DNA of 64,000 bases, taken from the NCBI RefSeq assembly GCF_001194135.2, contig NC_068998.1, positions 49,549,373-49,613,372 on the forward strand. Reading direction: 5' to 3'. Both the position numbers and the translations under genes were made by a program. Within the stretch, counting starts at the first letter, position 1. Each line of letters starts with the position of its first letter. The notes beneath the pieces were generated by a model. That model ran no database searches. It was not told the DNA's origin and saw nothing but the letters and a program-made list of their open reading frames with translations. Origin of the DNA: Octopus bimaculoides. Taxonomy: Eukaryota. Positions 38,650-61,070 of the stretch are shown piece by piece.

Positions 38650-40589
38650 CATATATTATACATAAATACATATATNNNNNNNNNNNNNNNNNNNNNNNNN
38701 NNNNNNNNNNNNNNNNNNNNNNNNNNNNNNNNNNNNNNNNNNNNNNNNNNNNNNNNNNNNNNNNNNNNNNNNNNNNNNNNNNNNNNNNNNNNNNNNNNNN
38801 NNNNNNNNNNNNNNNNNNNNNNNNNNNNNNNNNNNNNNNNNNNNNNNNNNNNNNNNNNNNNNNNNNNNNNNNNNNNNNNNNNNNNNNNNNNNNNNNNNNN
38901 NNNNNNNNNNNNNNNNNNNNNNNNNNNNNNNNNNNNNNNNNNNNNNNNNNNNNNNNNNNNNNNNNNNNNNNNNNNNNNNNNNNNNNNNNNNNNNNNNNNN
39001 NNNNNNNNNNNNNNNNNNNNNNNNNNNNNNNNNNNNNNNNNNNNNNNNNNNNNNNNNNNNNNNNNNNNNNNNNNNNNNNNNNNNNNNNNNNNNNNNNNNN
39101 NNNNNNNNNNNNNNNNNNNATATATATATATATATAAGTATATTTGTCTCATCTATCGTTTCACAGCTGGTGTTGCTTTCTTTACTGCTTTGTAACTGTG
39201 TTGTTCACGTAAAAGTGACCAGGAAGACAATACTAGGCTGACAACAATAGGCTGAAAACAGAGGTAAGTTAAGAGGATTTTTGTCGTCTAAACATTTAAA
39301 GGAGAGGATCAAACAAGGCCGTACGCCAATGAGTGAGACGAATAAGAGATAAAATATATGAAGATATGAAAATGTTAATGCTGTCCATCGTTCAATGACT
39401 GAAGAGACCCTCATAAATAACTAACTTCTCCAGAAATCGAATTATGTTCAATTGTTTGCTGCAAATAAAATGGAATATCGATCGATAATTGCATGATCGT
39501 AGTAACGATAATTGAACTAATTAAGTTCATCACCGAGATTTTTAACACCCTTAGAAACAGACACATGTATGTATACACATATACATATACATTACTATAT
39601 TGGTGTTATATATGCATGAGTGCATGTGTGCGTAATAAAGTATAATTACATGCAGAGAATATTTATGTTCTTAATTAAATTGTTAGTCAGAAGTGTTTCG
39701 TTTATCAATATTATCAGATAAATATAAACAGGTTTTAGATAATTATTAAATATAAATTTAATAGTAGGAAAAATTGGTTTGATGTTAGACAGACATAGGG
39801 GCGTGCGTGTCCGTTTGTTTATTTGTGTCTAACTTCATGACAAAAGTTTTGTTTTTTTAAATTTATAAGCTATGTGTTAACCAGTTTTCCCCCGACATAA
39901 TTCGTTATTAATTTTCCGAACTTGAAAAAAATAGATTGCTTGTAACAAATAGTTAAGAATGTAAAAAAGCAGATAAACATTAATCAGCGGCTTATTAATT
40001 GTGTGGTTTGTTTTTCTTACTTAAAGTTAATCTATTTTGAGTCTGATCACTCTTTCAATGCTTCGCTTCCATCAATGCCAAGAGTTTTTAATAAAATATC
40101 TCAACATGCAAGAACGAAAATATATTTATCAACTCAAATTTTGAAAATTCAACGAAGGAGATGTAGCTCCAATATCTAACATAGTGTACATAGTATCAAG
40201 AAGCGGCTATATTGCTGAGTACATGAAACAAAGCAAAAACAGACATTGATAAAAAATTAAATAGCTATCTCACAGACCGAAGTTTATTAAAATAGATAAA
40301 TGGTTCCACAAAAAAACAGATTTTATGCTAAAACGAGTTCTTAAGAGAGATTCTCATACCTTTTTAACTTTTGGAGAACTGCAGTAACTAAAGGCGATAA
40401 GCAGCCAATCAATATAGAACGTGTAACATTGTCTTAATTTCAGATTCTAGCAGTAATTCATTTAAAACTAATTTAAAGGAAATATTGTATACCTATTCAA
40501 CACCCAAGATTCAGAAATTATTGATAATTTGAATTTAGATGAAGAACATTTCCAAGACATTACGACAGAAATATAAATTATTTACATTA

Positions 40590-40870
40590 CTTACATCTTG
40601 ACATTATTTACATTATTTACATTTGTCCTCATCTTGTTTGTTATTAACACACAGTTTCGGCTGATATAACATCCAACCTTCGTCAGATGTCTTAGGGAAA
40701 TTTCGAACTTGCATTCTCATACCTAATTTATTCTTCGATGTTGTTATTATTATTATTATTATTATTGTTGTTATTATTATTATTATTATTATTATTCAGG
40801 TCACTGCCTGGAATCGAACTCGGAATCTTAGGTTTAGTAGCCCGCACTCTTAACTACTACGCCATATGCG
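40590..40870 (-). mobile_element. Short element: tRNA-like head, (AAT)n spacer and 3' module ending in (ATGTAAATA)n
   Basis: Minus strand GCATATGGCGTAGTAGTTAAG (A box) ... GAGTTCGATTCC (B box) at 40869-40800; then (AAT)n; 3' module shared with 12680-12780. Confidence 0.65.
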
Positions 40871-41697
40871 CGTACATAATTCCTCATCTCTTAAATATAG
40901 AACAGAAATATAAATGTTTAACAATGAAATGGTTGAATGCTTGAAGCTAACAGCTATACTTTCGCATAAACGAACACTACGTTTATATTGCAATAATACT
41001 CTACACTAATACAATTAATATTGTTAAATCAAAACCTCAATTAGAAAACTGAGATACAGATACATATCAAGTACACATAAGATTCTCTTCGTAAATTCTG
41101 ATCGTAAAGTGATAAAAAGAAATTGCGAAATTTCGAAAACTGCGAAGACAATGTATGAATCGCAAAATACTTCATTTGATATAATCATGGCTGTTAACGG
41201 CACTTCATAATCTACTTTAATTTATAACCGCGTTAATATTGCCGCTCTCAAACAGAGCTAGCATGATGGATTTTAATAAACAGTTTTATCTTACGGGAAA
41301 CAATTATTCTGCTGTACTGATGTCAATATCGATATCAATGGTAAACTTTCTTATGAACACATAAGGCTTTACCACATTCTACAGACTTAAAACGTGAAAT
41401 CTGTTATAAAAAAAGCCGAATTTTTCTACAAGAACATCGAAATATGTACCATGACAGTATCTGACAATCGAACGCGAAATGTTCCCCTTGAAAAACACAC
41501 GGTAGTGTTCTCTTTTCTTTTTTTCTTTTTTTTTTTTGAAGTTGATTTATCGATTTGTATCAATACATTACACCTTTTGAAACAGGGATAATTGCAAGAA
41601 ATACGTAACCCAATTCATTGTATAAAAAGACCGCCGATTGTCATTCTCCCATTCAATTGTTAACAATGAAATTCGTTAACGTAATAATAAGATTTAC

Positions 41698-41734
41698 ATC
41701 CAAGTAAAAAGTAGATGGAAATGAACTTTGTCAT
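41698..41734 (-). pseudogene. Orphan exon-1-like segment of the family
   Basis: ATG at 41734 reads MTKFISIYFLLG+T, exactly 37 nt, then |GTAAAT; no matching E2/E3 found before P6. Confidence 0.4.
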
Positions 41735-43486
41735 GTTTGCGTAATACTAAACCTATGTATAATGGAAATATTGAGGCGCGAAAGTTAACCGAAAATGAAA
41801 GAAAGAAAGAAAAACAAGTCAATACACAAAATGATTCGTAACCAAATTCTTCAGCCTTAACGGAAACGTATTCAACAACACACATCAAAGAAACAATTCA
41901 TTTAAAAGAACGATCATCACTGATGACGGATTTGTCGTAGCACGGAAAAGCATTTTAATCACTTCTATCGCCTGCTACGGAACTTCTGAATGTAGCTCAT
42001 GTGATACAACAAGTTGTTGAAGTAAGTTCATATATCTGCGTGTTTATTTGCGTCTGTGCGTATCTGTGTCTCTGCGAGAATATGTGTGTGTGTGTGTGTG
42101 TGTGTGCGTGTGCGTGCTGCTCTAAATATCGGTGCTTAACAATTACTTGATTGTTGCATTCGTCCATCCAATATATTGGTAAAAAACATTTCCTTACTAC
42201 TGTATTTATCAATTTTCGTTGATCAGTGCAAACTGTATTACAGAATGCTATAATAAGATTTTGATGAGGACTTGAAGGAAATAATTTTTGCATAGTACCT
42301 TAAATGTTACATCCCTATTCTCTTTAATCTGTCTAATTCGATAAAAGTTAGGTGGCAGACGATTAACATCATGAGGAATGTGTACAGGAATAGGTTAAAT
42401 GAGTTATGTCAGACGAAGAAACTAGTAAACTATCACATTTACTTCTTAATATACAGCTTTGTGGCCATTACACTGCGTAACATTCTTTTAAAGCCTTTTG
42501 TTTTTGGTCAGTAATTTTTATTTCTTATTTGCATGTATCTGGAAATCAAAGGAAATGACTACTCTTCCATTCAAACTTTGCTTATGTCACTTGGGCATCA
42601 AAAGTTTGAAACTGACCAATTTTCCATTAGATTTTAGACAGATACAGCGCTTGAGTTGCTGAAGCAGAAATATCGTTAAAGCAAATATACTGCTCAATAT
42701 TACAGATTTGCCTGTCCATCGCTTGACCTTAACCACATGAGCAGGTCCGTTTAGGACTGACAGTATGTGGGTCTTTGATACTGAGCAGGAGTAGTGTTGA
42801 AGCATCTAGCCATGTATTGAGAGGGATAATTTGGAGTTCAATGAATGTAAGAAAAGAGAAAAAATAGATTTGGAGGAAATATTAGCCATTTTCATTAATT
42901 TTAGAAGTAAGCAAAATGGAAATAAGAACTGCTTCCAAAAGACAAAAAAACATGTTGCATAGTATTAGCTATACAAGAAAAAAAGAAAGAAATGTGAAAT
43001 CTTGTAATCAAACTACATGCATGATGATGTTACCTTGAATGTCATGAGCAGGAAAATACATAATATTTTCCACTATTATGGCTATAATTTGTTATTATTA
43101 TCTGTCCCGTAAAACCGCATTCAACCAGAAGCTTACATATATTTTACATCAAAAGGAAGTTTCTAAAGTCCATCTAGGTTTCTTGTGATGTTTGTTTCTT
43201 TTAATCATTGAAATGCAACAATGCTGACGCCATTACGAAAGGTTAAGTCGAACAAACGGATCCTAGTAACCGTTATTTCTTTTTATATTCTTTTATATTT
43301 TACATTGGCCACTGTGCCGAACTTTCCGTTACATGTATGTAAGCAAACCAAAACTAGTTGCGAATTTACTAAGAATACAAACCCAAGAATACACAAATAT
43401 ACAGACACAAACACTCATACGCACATAGACACATGCACACACGCACATATATATGTATACCATTCTTCTAGTATATGTTACCCAAA

Positions 43487-43617
43487 TTACTCGGCAACTT
43501 GTGTTGGTTTCTTTTCATCCACATAACGTAGCATAAATACCACAGAATAATTAATTGGATCGATATGTTGGACGAAATCCCTCAAGACGGTGGCGTCGCA
43601 TGGCGACTGTCTACAAG
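43487..43617 (-). other. Candidate P7 terminal exon E5
   Basis: Strong acceptor ttcttatcttttatttgttccag|CTTG at 43618/43617 downstream of E4; homology to other E5 copies not evident at its start. Confidence 0.4.
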
Positions 43618-43835
43618 CTGGAACAAATAAAAGATAAGAAAACGCAAATATAGCCACATATACTTTTACTTCAGTATGTTTTCCGAAAGTATGTCTCATT
43701 GTTTGAAATGTGATCTAGAAAAGAAATAGAAGCATCCGTATGTTAAAAATAAATATTGAAGGAAATTTTATGTTAAATTTAAAAAATTCTCCTTACCGAA
43801 GTGTTGTGTGTATTGACATGACAACGGTAATATTA

Positions 43836-44115
43836 TTTTCTACTCTAAAAACAAAAGCGAAACTTTGGGGGAAGGGGCCAGGCGATTAGATTGACCCCAG
43901 TATGCAACCGGTACTTAATTTATCGACCCGGAATGGATGAATGGCAGAGTCGGAATTTGAGCTCAGACCAAAAAAATGCCTCCGAGGTCGACTTTGCATT
44001 TCATCCTTTCGAGGTCGATAAACGAAGTAACAGCTGCGTGGTGCGGTCGATCTAATCGACTGGTTCACTTTCCCAAAAATTTCGAAGCTTGTGTTTAGAG
44101 TAGAAAAGAATATTT
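43836..44115. mobile_element. Head-to-head inverted pair of 5'-truncated SINE family A copies
   Basis: Minus copy 43836-43968 and plus copy 43980-44115; outer ends ttttctactcta / tagagtagaaaa are complementary. Confidence 0.8.
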
Positions 44116-44409
44116 ACGTATGCTCAGCGTAGGCAGGTCAGTACTTAGGCACCGAACAATAGCGACAAGGTTATGTTGTTATTCTGTTATCATGTAGATA
44201 TTTCATTCCTGTTACAGTGATATGCTTATGATATTTTATAGATACCAATGAATTATTATGTAGATATCAACACCGCTATAAGTGTGATGTAGATTTGTTC
44301 GAATTATATTCCTTACCTTATTGAGATCTTCACGCCTCTGTCACATCGAGACCAATGAAGAATGTAAATCTATTTAGCGCTATAAATAAATAAATGTGTT
44401 TCTCTTCTA

Positions 44410-49965
<5,556 letters not shown>

Positions 49966-50010
49966 TGTGACTAATCGTGTTAATTCGAAAGTCAGATCAT
50001 ATAATGGCCT

Positions 50011-50026
50011 CACATATATAAACGTG
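50011..50026 (-). promoter_or_regulatory. TATA-like CACGTTTATATA element upstream of P7
   Basis: About 50 nt upstream of the ATG; CACGTTTAT recurs upstream of P5 (29801-29809) and P1 (789-797). Confidence 0.5.
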
Positions 50027-52209
50027 GCGTGTAAAATTGTATATATCAGGTAACGAAAATTTGCGCATTCTGAAACACACATATATATATATATATTGAC
50101 TATTTATGACGTAGTATGCAAGAATATGAAGGCTTTGTTGTTGTTTTGTAATTATTGTTATTTTTAAAGAATAAATTTCAAATATGTTGTAAATATGAAA
50201 TTTGACCAATTACAATTAGACGATCATTTCTCTGATGCATTACGATTTGAGGCGGTAATAATTGCGTATATCTCATGCATGTGCCTCAATATTTAATTGG
50301 TATATAATGCAAGTGAAGTTATATTTGTACGCAAAGCCAATGAGAGTTGTTTCATATCTATAAATCAACATTATACACCTTCATACACTTTTTGGAATGA
50401 CATACAAGTGATCGCAGTCACATTCACCCATAGATTCACGGGCATACGACTCTATACATACATAGGTATCTGTATATGTATGTGTGCGTGTGCCCGTAGG
50501 TGTGTATATATATATATATATATATTATAAGGTTTTTAACTTTTAAATTTTCATATTCAAAAGAGACAGAGACTTCAAATTCGATATATCGATTTATTCT
50601 GGAAAATTATTATATATATANNNNNNNNNNAATACGTATGGTTTTCTAACGTGTGTGTGTGTTTTCAGAGTGTTTCCTATTGTGTGTGTGTGTGTGCATG
50701 TAATATATATATACGCACACATACACTCATACACACATATACACACACACACACAAACAGGACAAAACAAAATTCACGGATCATTCACTGCCACTTGCCT
50801 CTTCAGTCGGAGTCTGGAATGTCCACGTACTTTCGCCCACTTATGTCCGAAAACAAAAACAAATAAGGGTTTTCGACTATCATACGAGTGTAAGTGAGAT
50901 AGCGCAAGGAAAATGGAAATGGGAAAATCTTAACAGACAGGACGGCAGGATGCAACAGAACGGAACATTTGTAAGGCAAATTAACACAAGTTGCTAAAGT
51001 GTGGGAGGGTAATAATTAATACGGGTATTTCTAGAAATAAGAATCAGAACAACTCAAAAGCCACAGATCTTTATTATAAGCCTGACAATTCGTGGGTAGA
51101 GCCTAGCGGATATAGCCAAAGCGACGATTGATCCTCACCAGTGACGCTTACCACGCGTAGAGTTAAATTCAACTCTCTCCGTCTATATATCACTTTGTTA
51201 TCACTTTTAATAATGTTTTACGTACTTTCTGTCCTGGATTTACTAATCAATCATTTAATTCCGTTCTTTCTGTTTACTCCCTCCTGGCGTTTCCTTTCAT
51301 ATAGATGGCGTTTCCGTGTAGTTTGACGTTCGTGTACACATTCTATCTTTTTAGATTTAATTTCCGTTTTAAAGTGTCCTTTGATCATCAAATATCTGTA
51401 TCAAATACTGTCCTAAGGAATTCCATCATATCCAGTTTAAACAACTCCAAATACGTTGATATATTCACATTTTACAATAATTGATGCATTTGTTTTATAT
51501 GAACGGTGGGCGTTTTTAGTGTATTTCCGGTTTATTTAGCAACCTAGAATCAAGCGGAGCAGCCCACTAAACATCGCCAATCAATCATTTCAACATCTAT
51601 TACGGCCACCTAATCTTACAACTCGGCAACATCCCTCTCACTGCTGCGGGGTCAGTAATTCAATGGCACGGGAATCATTTCATATCACACCGAATATGCA
51701 AGCGTCGAGCAGTCAGGATCGTTCACATGCCGGACGAACTGCTTACTGATATTTGGCCTGTCTTCACGTTTGAGTTAAAATTCGTCAAGGTCGATATTAT
51801 CCTTCAACCTTTCGGAATCGATAAAATGATTAACCTCTTCCGGAGGTACTGGCCTTTTGCTACAGTTTGAAATCAATATTACTGCGAATGGCTTTTTTTC
51901 TAAACATTCAGTTTGGGTGTGATTGTAATTTTACTCTCTTTGTCGACGTTCCATGTATCAAATATTTCTTTTCCCCTATATCACAATCATTAATACGTTT
52001 TGGATATGCCTCTTTACCAGGCATTAATTATACTCTATGCTTTGTCTTCACTAATTCTTCTTTGCGAAACCCGAATAGGATTCCTCTCTATATGGGTTTG
52101 GTTTCCAATATGATGATTCCTAATAAGCAGTTTAAAATCACATTTTTCATTGTGTGTGTGTGTGTGAATTATTTCATCTAAAATGCGACGAAATATTCTG
52201 TTATACTCA

Positions 52210-52640
52210 ACTAATATCGGTTTGAAAATTTGGCAGAAGACCAACCCTTTCGCTTAGGTGGGGTAAGTTGATTACATCATACCAAGTGCTGAACTAGTTC
52301 TTATTTTACCAACCCCGCAACGAAACGGTGGAAGGCAAAACCGACCTCAGAGGAATTTGAATGCAGTACGTAAGGATGGGCAAAATGCTACTGATCACTT
52401 TGTCCAGCGTGCTATCGATTTTGCCTTCTCAACACGAAATGTTATTTTTTTTTTAATTTCGGCACAAAGGGAGCAATTTTGAGCCAGTGGTAAGTCAGTA
52501 ATATTGAGCCCAATACTCAACTGCTATTTATTTTATTGACCCAGAAAGCTTAAAAGGCAAAGATGACTTCAGGGCAAGCTGTATTCAGAATAAAATGACG
52601 GACGATACGCCACTAAGAACTTTGGCCGGCGTGCTAACTA
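52210..52640 (-). mobile_element. Two degenerate SINE family A copies
   Basis: Decayed aaggcaaa.ccgacctc...gaatttgaa and ccggcgtgctaac segments. Confidence 0.65.
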
Positions 52641-53599
52641 TTCAGTTGTGTCCCTATTATATTAAAAAGAAAATCCAAAGAGTAAAGTATAATTCTATAA
52701 CAGAAGATGGGAATAAAGTCAGACCTGTATCTGGGCGTATTCTCTATTTCTTACTGTTATTTCCAACTGTATAGTTGCATAAAGAACTACTTCGTATAGT
52801 ACATTGAGAAAGATACCATTTACCAAATGCACTTCTGTGATATACGCTAATCATTGTTACTCGATATTGGTAACCATAATATAATTTTAATATATTTTTG
52901 AAGAAAAAAAAACATTAATTTAACAAAGAAATCAACGTTCAATGCTATAAAAACAGCAGTAGACCTGTAAGTGAGAATTTAATAAGACGCTATGGAGTCA
53001 ACATTCTATTAGTTATTTAAATTCGTATTCATAAATAGATGCAAAAAATATGAAAGGCTCCAGTAAGTCTACCAAGTCAATATCACCGGCAAAACTATAT
53101 CTCTTCTCACCAACTTTTTCAGCAATTTCAAAATAAAACTTAATAAAATACATATATAAACTGTGAAAGATATGTTCACAGAACAATTAACCATGAACTT
53201 TGCATAGATTTCACAATTACAGATATGAGACTGAAATCACAAGGAAAATAAAGGTTTGTGATTCAAATTAGAAGCAATGCAACTTTACAACTTGATACCA
53301 ACTTTCATTTTCCCGAGTGTGCTTCACCGATTTCAAAGAAATGATTTAAGAATTCAACAATGAAAGATCATTTAATTTTTCTTGAGAGTGCCATCAAAGT
53401 ATATATTCGACTATAAATATATGTTATCAAAATAATCATAAATTTGCTTCATGTAACTTTAAAATATACTCTAAAGAATTTGGTTTCTATAGTATCAATA
53501 CTGTATCGATATAATATCATAATTCTTTACTAGTTATATGATGGGAACCCGTATGATCGGGTAGTACATACCATATTTTCACTAAATTATTTTCGGTGC

Positions 53600-53885
53600 A
53601 TTTTTGTTAATTGTGCATCGGCCGTTAGTTTTGTATTAGGCCGAACCACGAGGTTACAGGAACGTAAACAAGCCAACACCAGTTGTCAAGGGGAAATGGG
53701 AGACAAACACAGACCCAAAGACACGAAGACACATGACGGTCTTCTTAGTTTCTGTCTACCAAATTCACTCACAGTTTGGTCGGTCCTGGGATATAGAAGA
53801 AGGCACATGTCCAGGGTGTCACGCAATGGAACAGAACCTGGATTCCTGTGGTCGGAAGCAAGCTTCTAACCACCTCTGCAAGCAT
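53600..53885 (-). mobile_element. Degenerate SINE family B
   Basis: gtctaccaaattcactcac...aagcaagcttctaaccac match family B. Confidence 0.7.
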
Positions 53886-53939
53886 GGGTCCGTCGTTCAT
53901 CGTTCTTAAAGTAACCTTATTCAGAGACCGTTTGAAAAG

Positions 53940-55330
53940 AATGGGATATTCAACCTGAAGAAAATTCTAATTCGGCCGCACCAGCAAGGTCATATTCTCT
54001 CTACCTTGATATGAGATCACCATGTCACGCACATCAGAGTTGCGATGCATAAGCCTTATGAAACGGGTATTCATGGTGTGTTTTATATGGGGACGATACA
54101 CTTCAAGACAGTGTGGGGTTACATAAAATAGAGTGTAAGCAGTGAAAACGATAAAAGAAGTTTTAACTGTGAAAACTTCCCCAAACAGGGAGTTTCGGAA
54201 GGTTGCTCCTGAAAATTCCACAAAAATGACAATACCGAACCACTGCCAATTTTCTTCCCCTTATCGTCTATCGATATATTGTTAGAATTCCTTCTGACCA
54301 TTTTTGCCATATTCATACACCTTTCAATAAAACTGTTGATGCGCAGGTCTTCCCCCTCTACCCTTACTTTACTTTGCATGAGGACTCGGCCAAAGTAGGA
54401 AGTATCTGTCTTCAGCCCTTTCAGTATTGCCCGCCACACAACTATTTTCACCAAGTCTACCATACAAAGAAACACTGCCTTCCCTTCCAAGCCACAGTAA
54501 GTTGGTGAGATGATATTCACAATGGATTCAGGTGAGAGCTGGATACGTTCTACACATGACAGTATGAGTTCGACATAAACCAACGGCACTAATATTATTG
54601 GCGCACTTCACGGGAACGTGCAGAGCATTCACATCGCTTTGCGCGCATCCCGGATGAAGGAACTTCTATATCTGTAGTGTGTATCCCGAACCGGCAATGC
54701 CTACGCTAATACTACCAGGCCAGGGGGTTTTGGAAATAATCCACTAGCTCCAGCCCAGAAATAGATAAAGAAGATCATTCTCGTCAACTCCAAGAACATC
54801 ATTACATTTGCCCACCACTAACCTTCCAGTAGAGTGGAACATCGACTGACCACATTTCTCTGACAGATAATTGTGAGCGCTAGACGGAATTCTAGATGGC
54901 TGGTACCTTGACTCGGTTTACACGTGAACAAAGATACGAGCTGTAGAAAATGCTGTCTTACAAATGACGTTCATAACTGCTCGCAGGTTGGGAGGTGCTG
55001 ACGATAGCGTAACCTCAGCGAATGTCTGCGCACAAACAACCAAGAATGTGCAGTACTCCATATACCGGCGCTGACAATAAATAGAGCGACTGGCTAGTGA
55101 AACGCGTGCCTTCTACAGAAAGCGGAAATGATATAAACTTGGGCTAAGCACGACGGTCAGGCGGTAATATATAACAGAGGCGATGTAAGCATTAGCAACC
55201 TTTGGTCGGCCTTTCAGTAATAGCTTTCTCTCTGCTGATATCTGGAGGACGTTGGCCAGCCTGATCGTCATCTTATCCCAGTACTTTTTTGTTTTGATTG
55301 TCAGCATCGGGAATTTACTTGAATATATTT
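53940..55330 (-). mobile_element. L1/Tx1-like LINE, degenerate 3' part of ORF2 and 3'UTR
   Basis: YWDKMTIRLANVLQISAERKLLLKGRPKVANAYIASVIYYRLTVV resembles the post-RT W..R.LSL.GR..V.N segment of L1/Tx1; further broken frames to 54119. Confidence 0.75.
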
Positions 55331-55649
55331 CTCGTGTTGTTTTCTTCTTGAGGTTACTGCTGTTGATATTGTCTCTTACTTTTACAATTTTACTGTTTTC
55401 CTGTGAGGAAAACACGCTGTTCTTCTCAGTGGACAAACACCCTTTGTCCTTAATCTATCTGTTTTTAAACAGAAATTAAGAGACTTGTTAGGGTAAACAA
55501 ACAAACAACTCTGCTGCGTCAAGGGCCACAAATGAAAACTTTGCTAGTCCAACCATACAACAATAAGAAATGTAAAATACACACCTTTGTACAACAGTAC
55601 AAATATCAACAAATCTACTAGAGCGACGCACAATGCGTGTCAATCGACG

Positions 55650-55810
55650 AACAATGGCAACAACAACAATAACAACACTATCAATAATAATAATAATAAT
55701 AAAAATAAAATCAAAGATAACAATTGCATCAAGAAATATTTATTTCTGCATGTATTCAGAATATACTTCATAGAGACAGTTTCAAGACTAATTACTGACT
55801 GGAACCTGCC
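55650..55810 (-). other. P8 terminal exon E5 (3'UTR; GQVPVSN* if E4 is skipped)
   Basis: Acceptor ttttgttttctttacag|GG at 55811/55810; GAAATAAATATTTC shared with P5 E5; AATAAA at 55744-55739. 3' end approximate. Confidence 0.7.
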
Positions 55811-56332
55811 CTGTAAAGAAAACAAAATAATATGTATTGAATATTTGAATAAAATATTGATTTTCATTTAACAAGTTATGTTTACTGTATATATTTTAGT
55901 AATGTGTGTTTTGGTTTCTTTGAAAAACTATCTAACGTGGCCTGTCATCATTTTGTGATGTTATTTGAGGGTTATTACAAGAACTTAATAAATATTATTA
56001 GATATATTAAGTTTTAATCACGTGGAGAATCAAGACAGCGAGATGACAGACGCACTAGTAAGTCGGACGCAATTCTTACTGTCATATAGTCCGGCTCTTT
56101 ACCTTCTCAGTTAGCATTTAATCGATTTGGAGGTAAATATATAAAGTAGCGGGGTTTATGTAATAGACTTGCCCAGCCTCCTGGATTTTTTTTTTATCTT
56201 GAACAGTACAACGAACTTTTGTCCCATTCAAGGAAAACGTGTTACCTCTGTTCCTTATACACATGGAGACCAGTTAACCGGCCTTTTGAGTCCAAAATTC
56301 GAGGTAAAATATTGGCAGTCCTTAAATTGCAT

Positions 56333-56389
<57 letters not shown>

Positions 56390-56609
56390 CAGTTAAACAT
56401 GTTTACATACATGTAGACATATATGTATACACACTCTTACATGTATTTTCTTAATAATTATATTGGATTGACTCGATATTGACGCCTGATTTCACCATAA
56501 ATATAACGCGTTGCTATGTTGTAAATGTGTAAAAATACAAACGTGAAAGCTATCATATTATTACTATTATTCTTACGTCAAATATATTCTTAGTTGAATT
56601 TCTCCTCCA

Positions 56610-60227
<3,618 letters not shown>

Positions 60228-60627
60228 CTTGATTAAATCCTGTTTAGTCGAAAATATGCTCATGTAAGGATTACCTACATGCAAGCGTAGCCTAAAAAAT
60301 CTGGCGGCGTTTGTTTCTAAAACGTTGTATACATTCGTTATTTGTGACGTATGATTTTCCATTGTTATGTAATTCAACATATATATGTAGTTTTATGGAT
60401 GTATGCTTTTTGTTAGTTTATTTTTATTTTTTAAACCGTAATTCTATTTTAAATCAATGTAATTATCACATACAAATGTAATTTCAGTTTTTTTTTTGTC
60501 TTTTTCATTTGGGATTAAGAGAGTTACTCCTGAAATTTTGTCGTGCGCCGGTGTGTGCATTTTTATATACGGACCCCCAAATTTGTTTATATATGTAAAC
60601 AATCGTTGTTGTTATACATACATACTA

Positions 60628-60703
<76 letters not shown>

Positions 60704-60822
60704 GACTAAATAAATAAATAAATTGTTTTCCTAAATCCTGGCGATCTCCTCTTTTCTCAATAATGAATGTCTGTACACTACTTCTAAAACTATATATGTA
60801 TATAGATTTTTGTTTTGTCTAG

Positions 60823-60868
<46 letters not shown>

Positions 60869-60869
60869 C

Positions 60870-61070
60870 GTAAAGCATATCGTATTCTTTTGCGCCCATT
60901 GGACAATAGCAAACAGATCTGACAGAAGACCTGTTCGGTCTCTCGTGCTATTTATGTCCTTCTGGAGTTTGGAATCACCTGCAAAGATTTTCACTGTAGA
61001 ATGTTAGATGGCAACCACCATGTCGTCGATGTAAATAATGAATGGGACAGCACTACTGACGATGGCTGAG
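60870..61070 (-). mobile_element. Reverse transcriptase fragment of a CR1/L2/jockey-group LINE
   Basis: FIIYIDDMVVAI*HSTVKIFAGDSKLQKDINSTRDRTGLLSDLFAIVQWAQKN: YIDD..., FADD-like and LQxDL..W..N motifs, with one stop. Confidence 0.8.

Noticed and set aside
40360-40446. 87-nt AG-GT bounded open segment NLKLRQCYTFY...
   Set aside because: Wrong phase and length for E3, and only two Cys.
40800-40869. tRNA gene candidate
   Set aside because: A and B boxes are present but no complete cloverleaf, and it runs into an (AAT)n and repeat module; treated as a SINE head.
42140-42250. Cys-containing frame AFCNTVC...RKCFLPIYWMDEC resembling E3
   Set aside because: Cys spacing and exon length do not match the invariant 89-nt E3 and the order does not fit a gene; similarity is weak.
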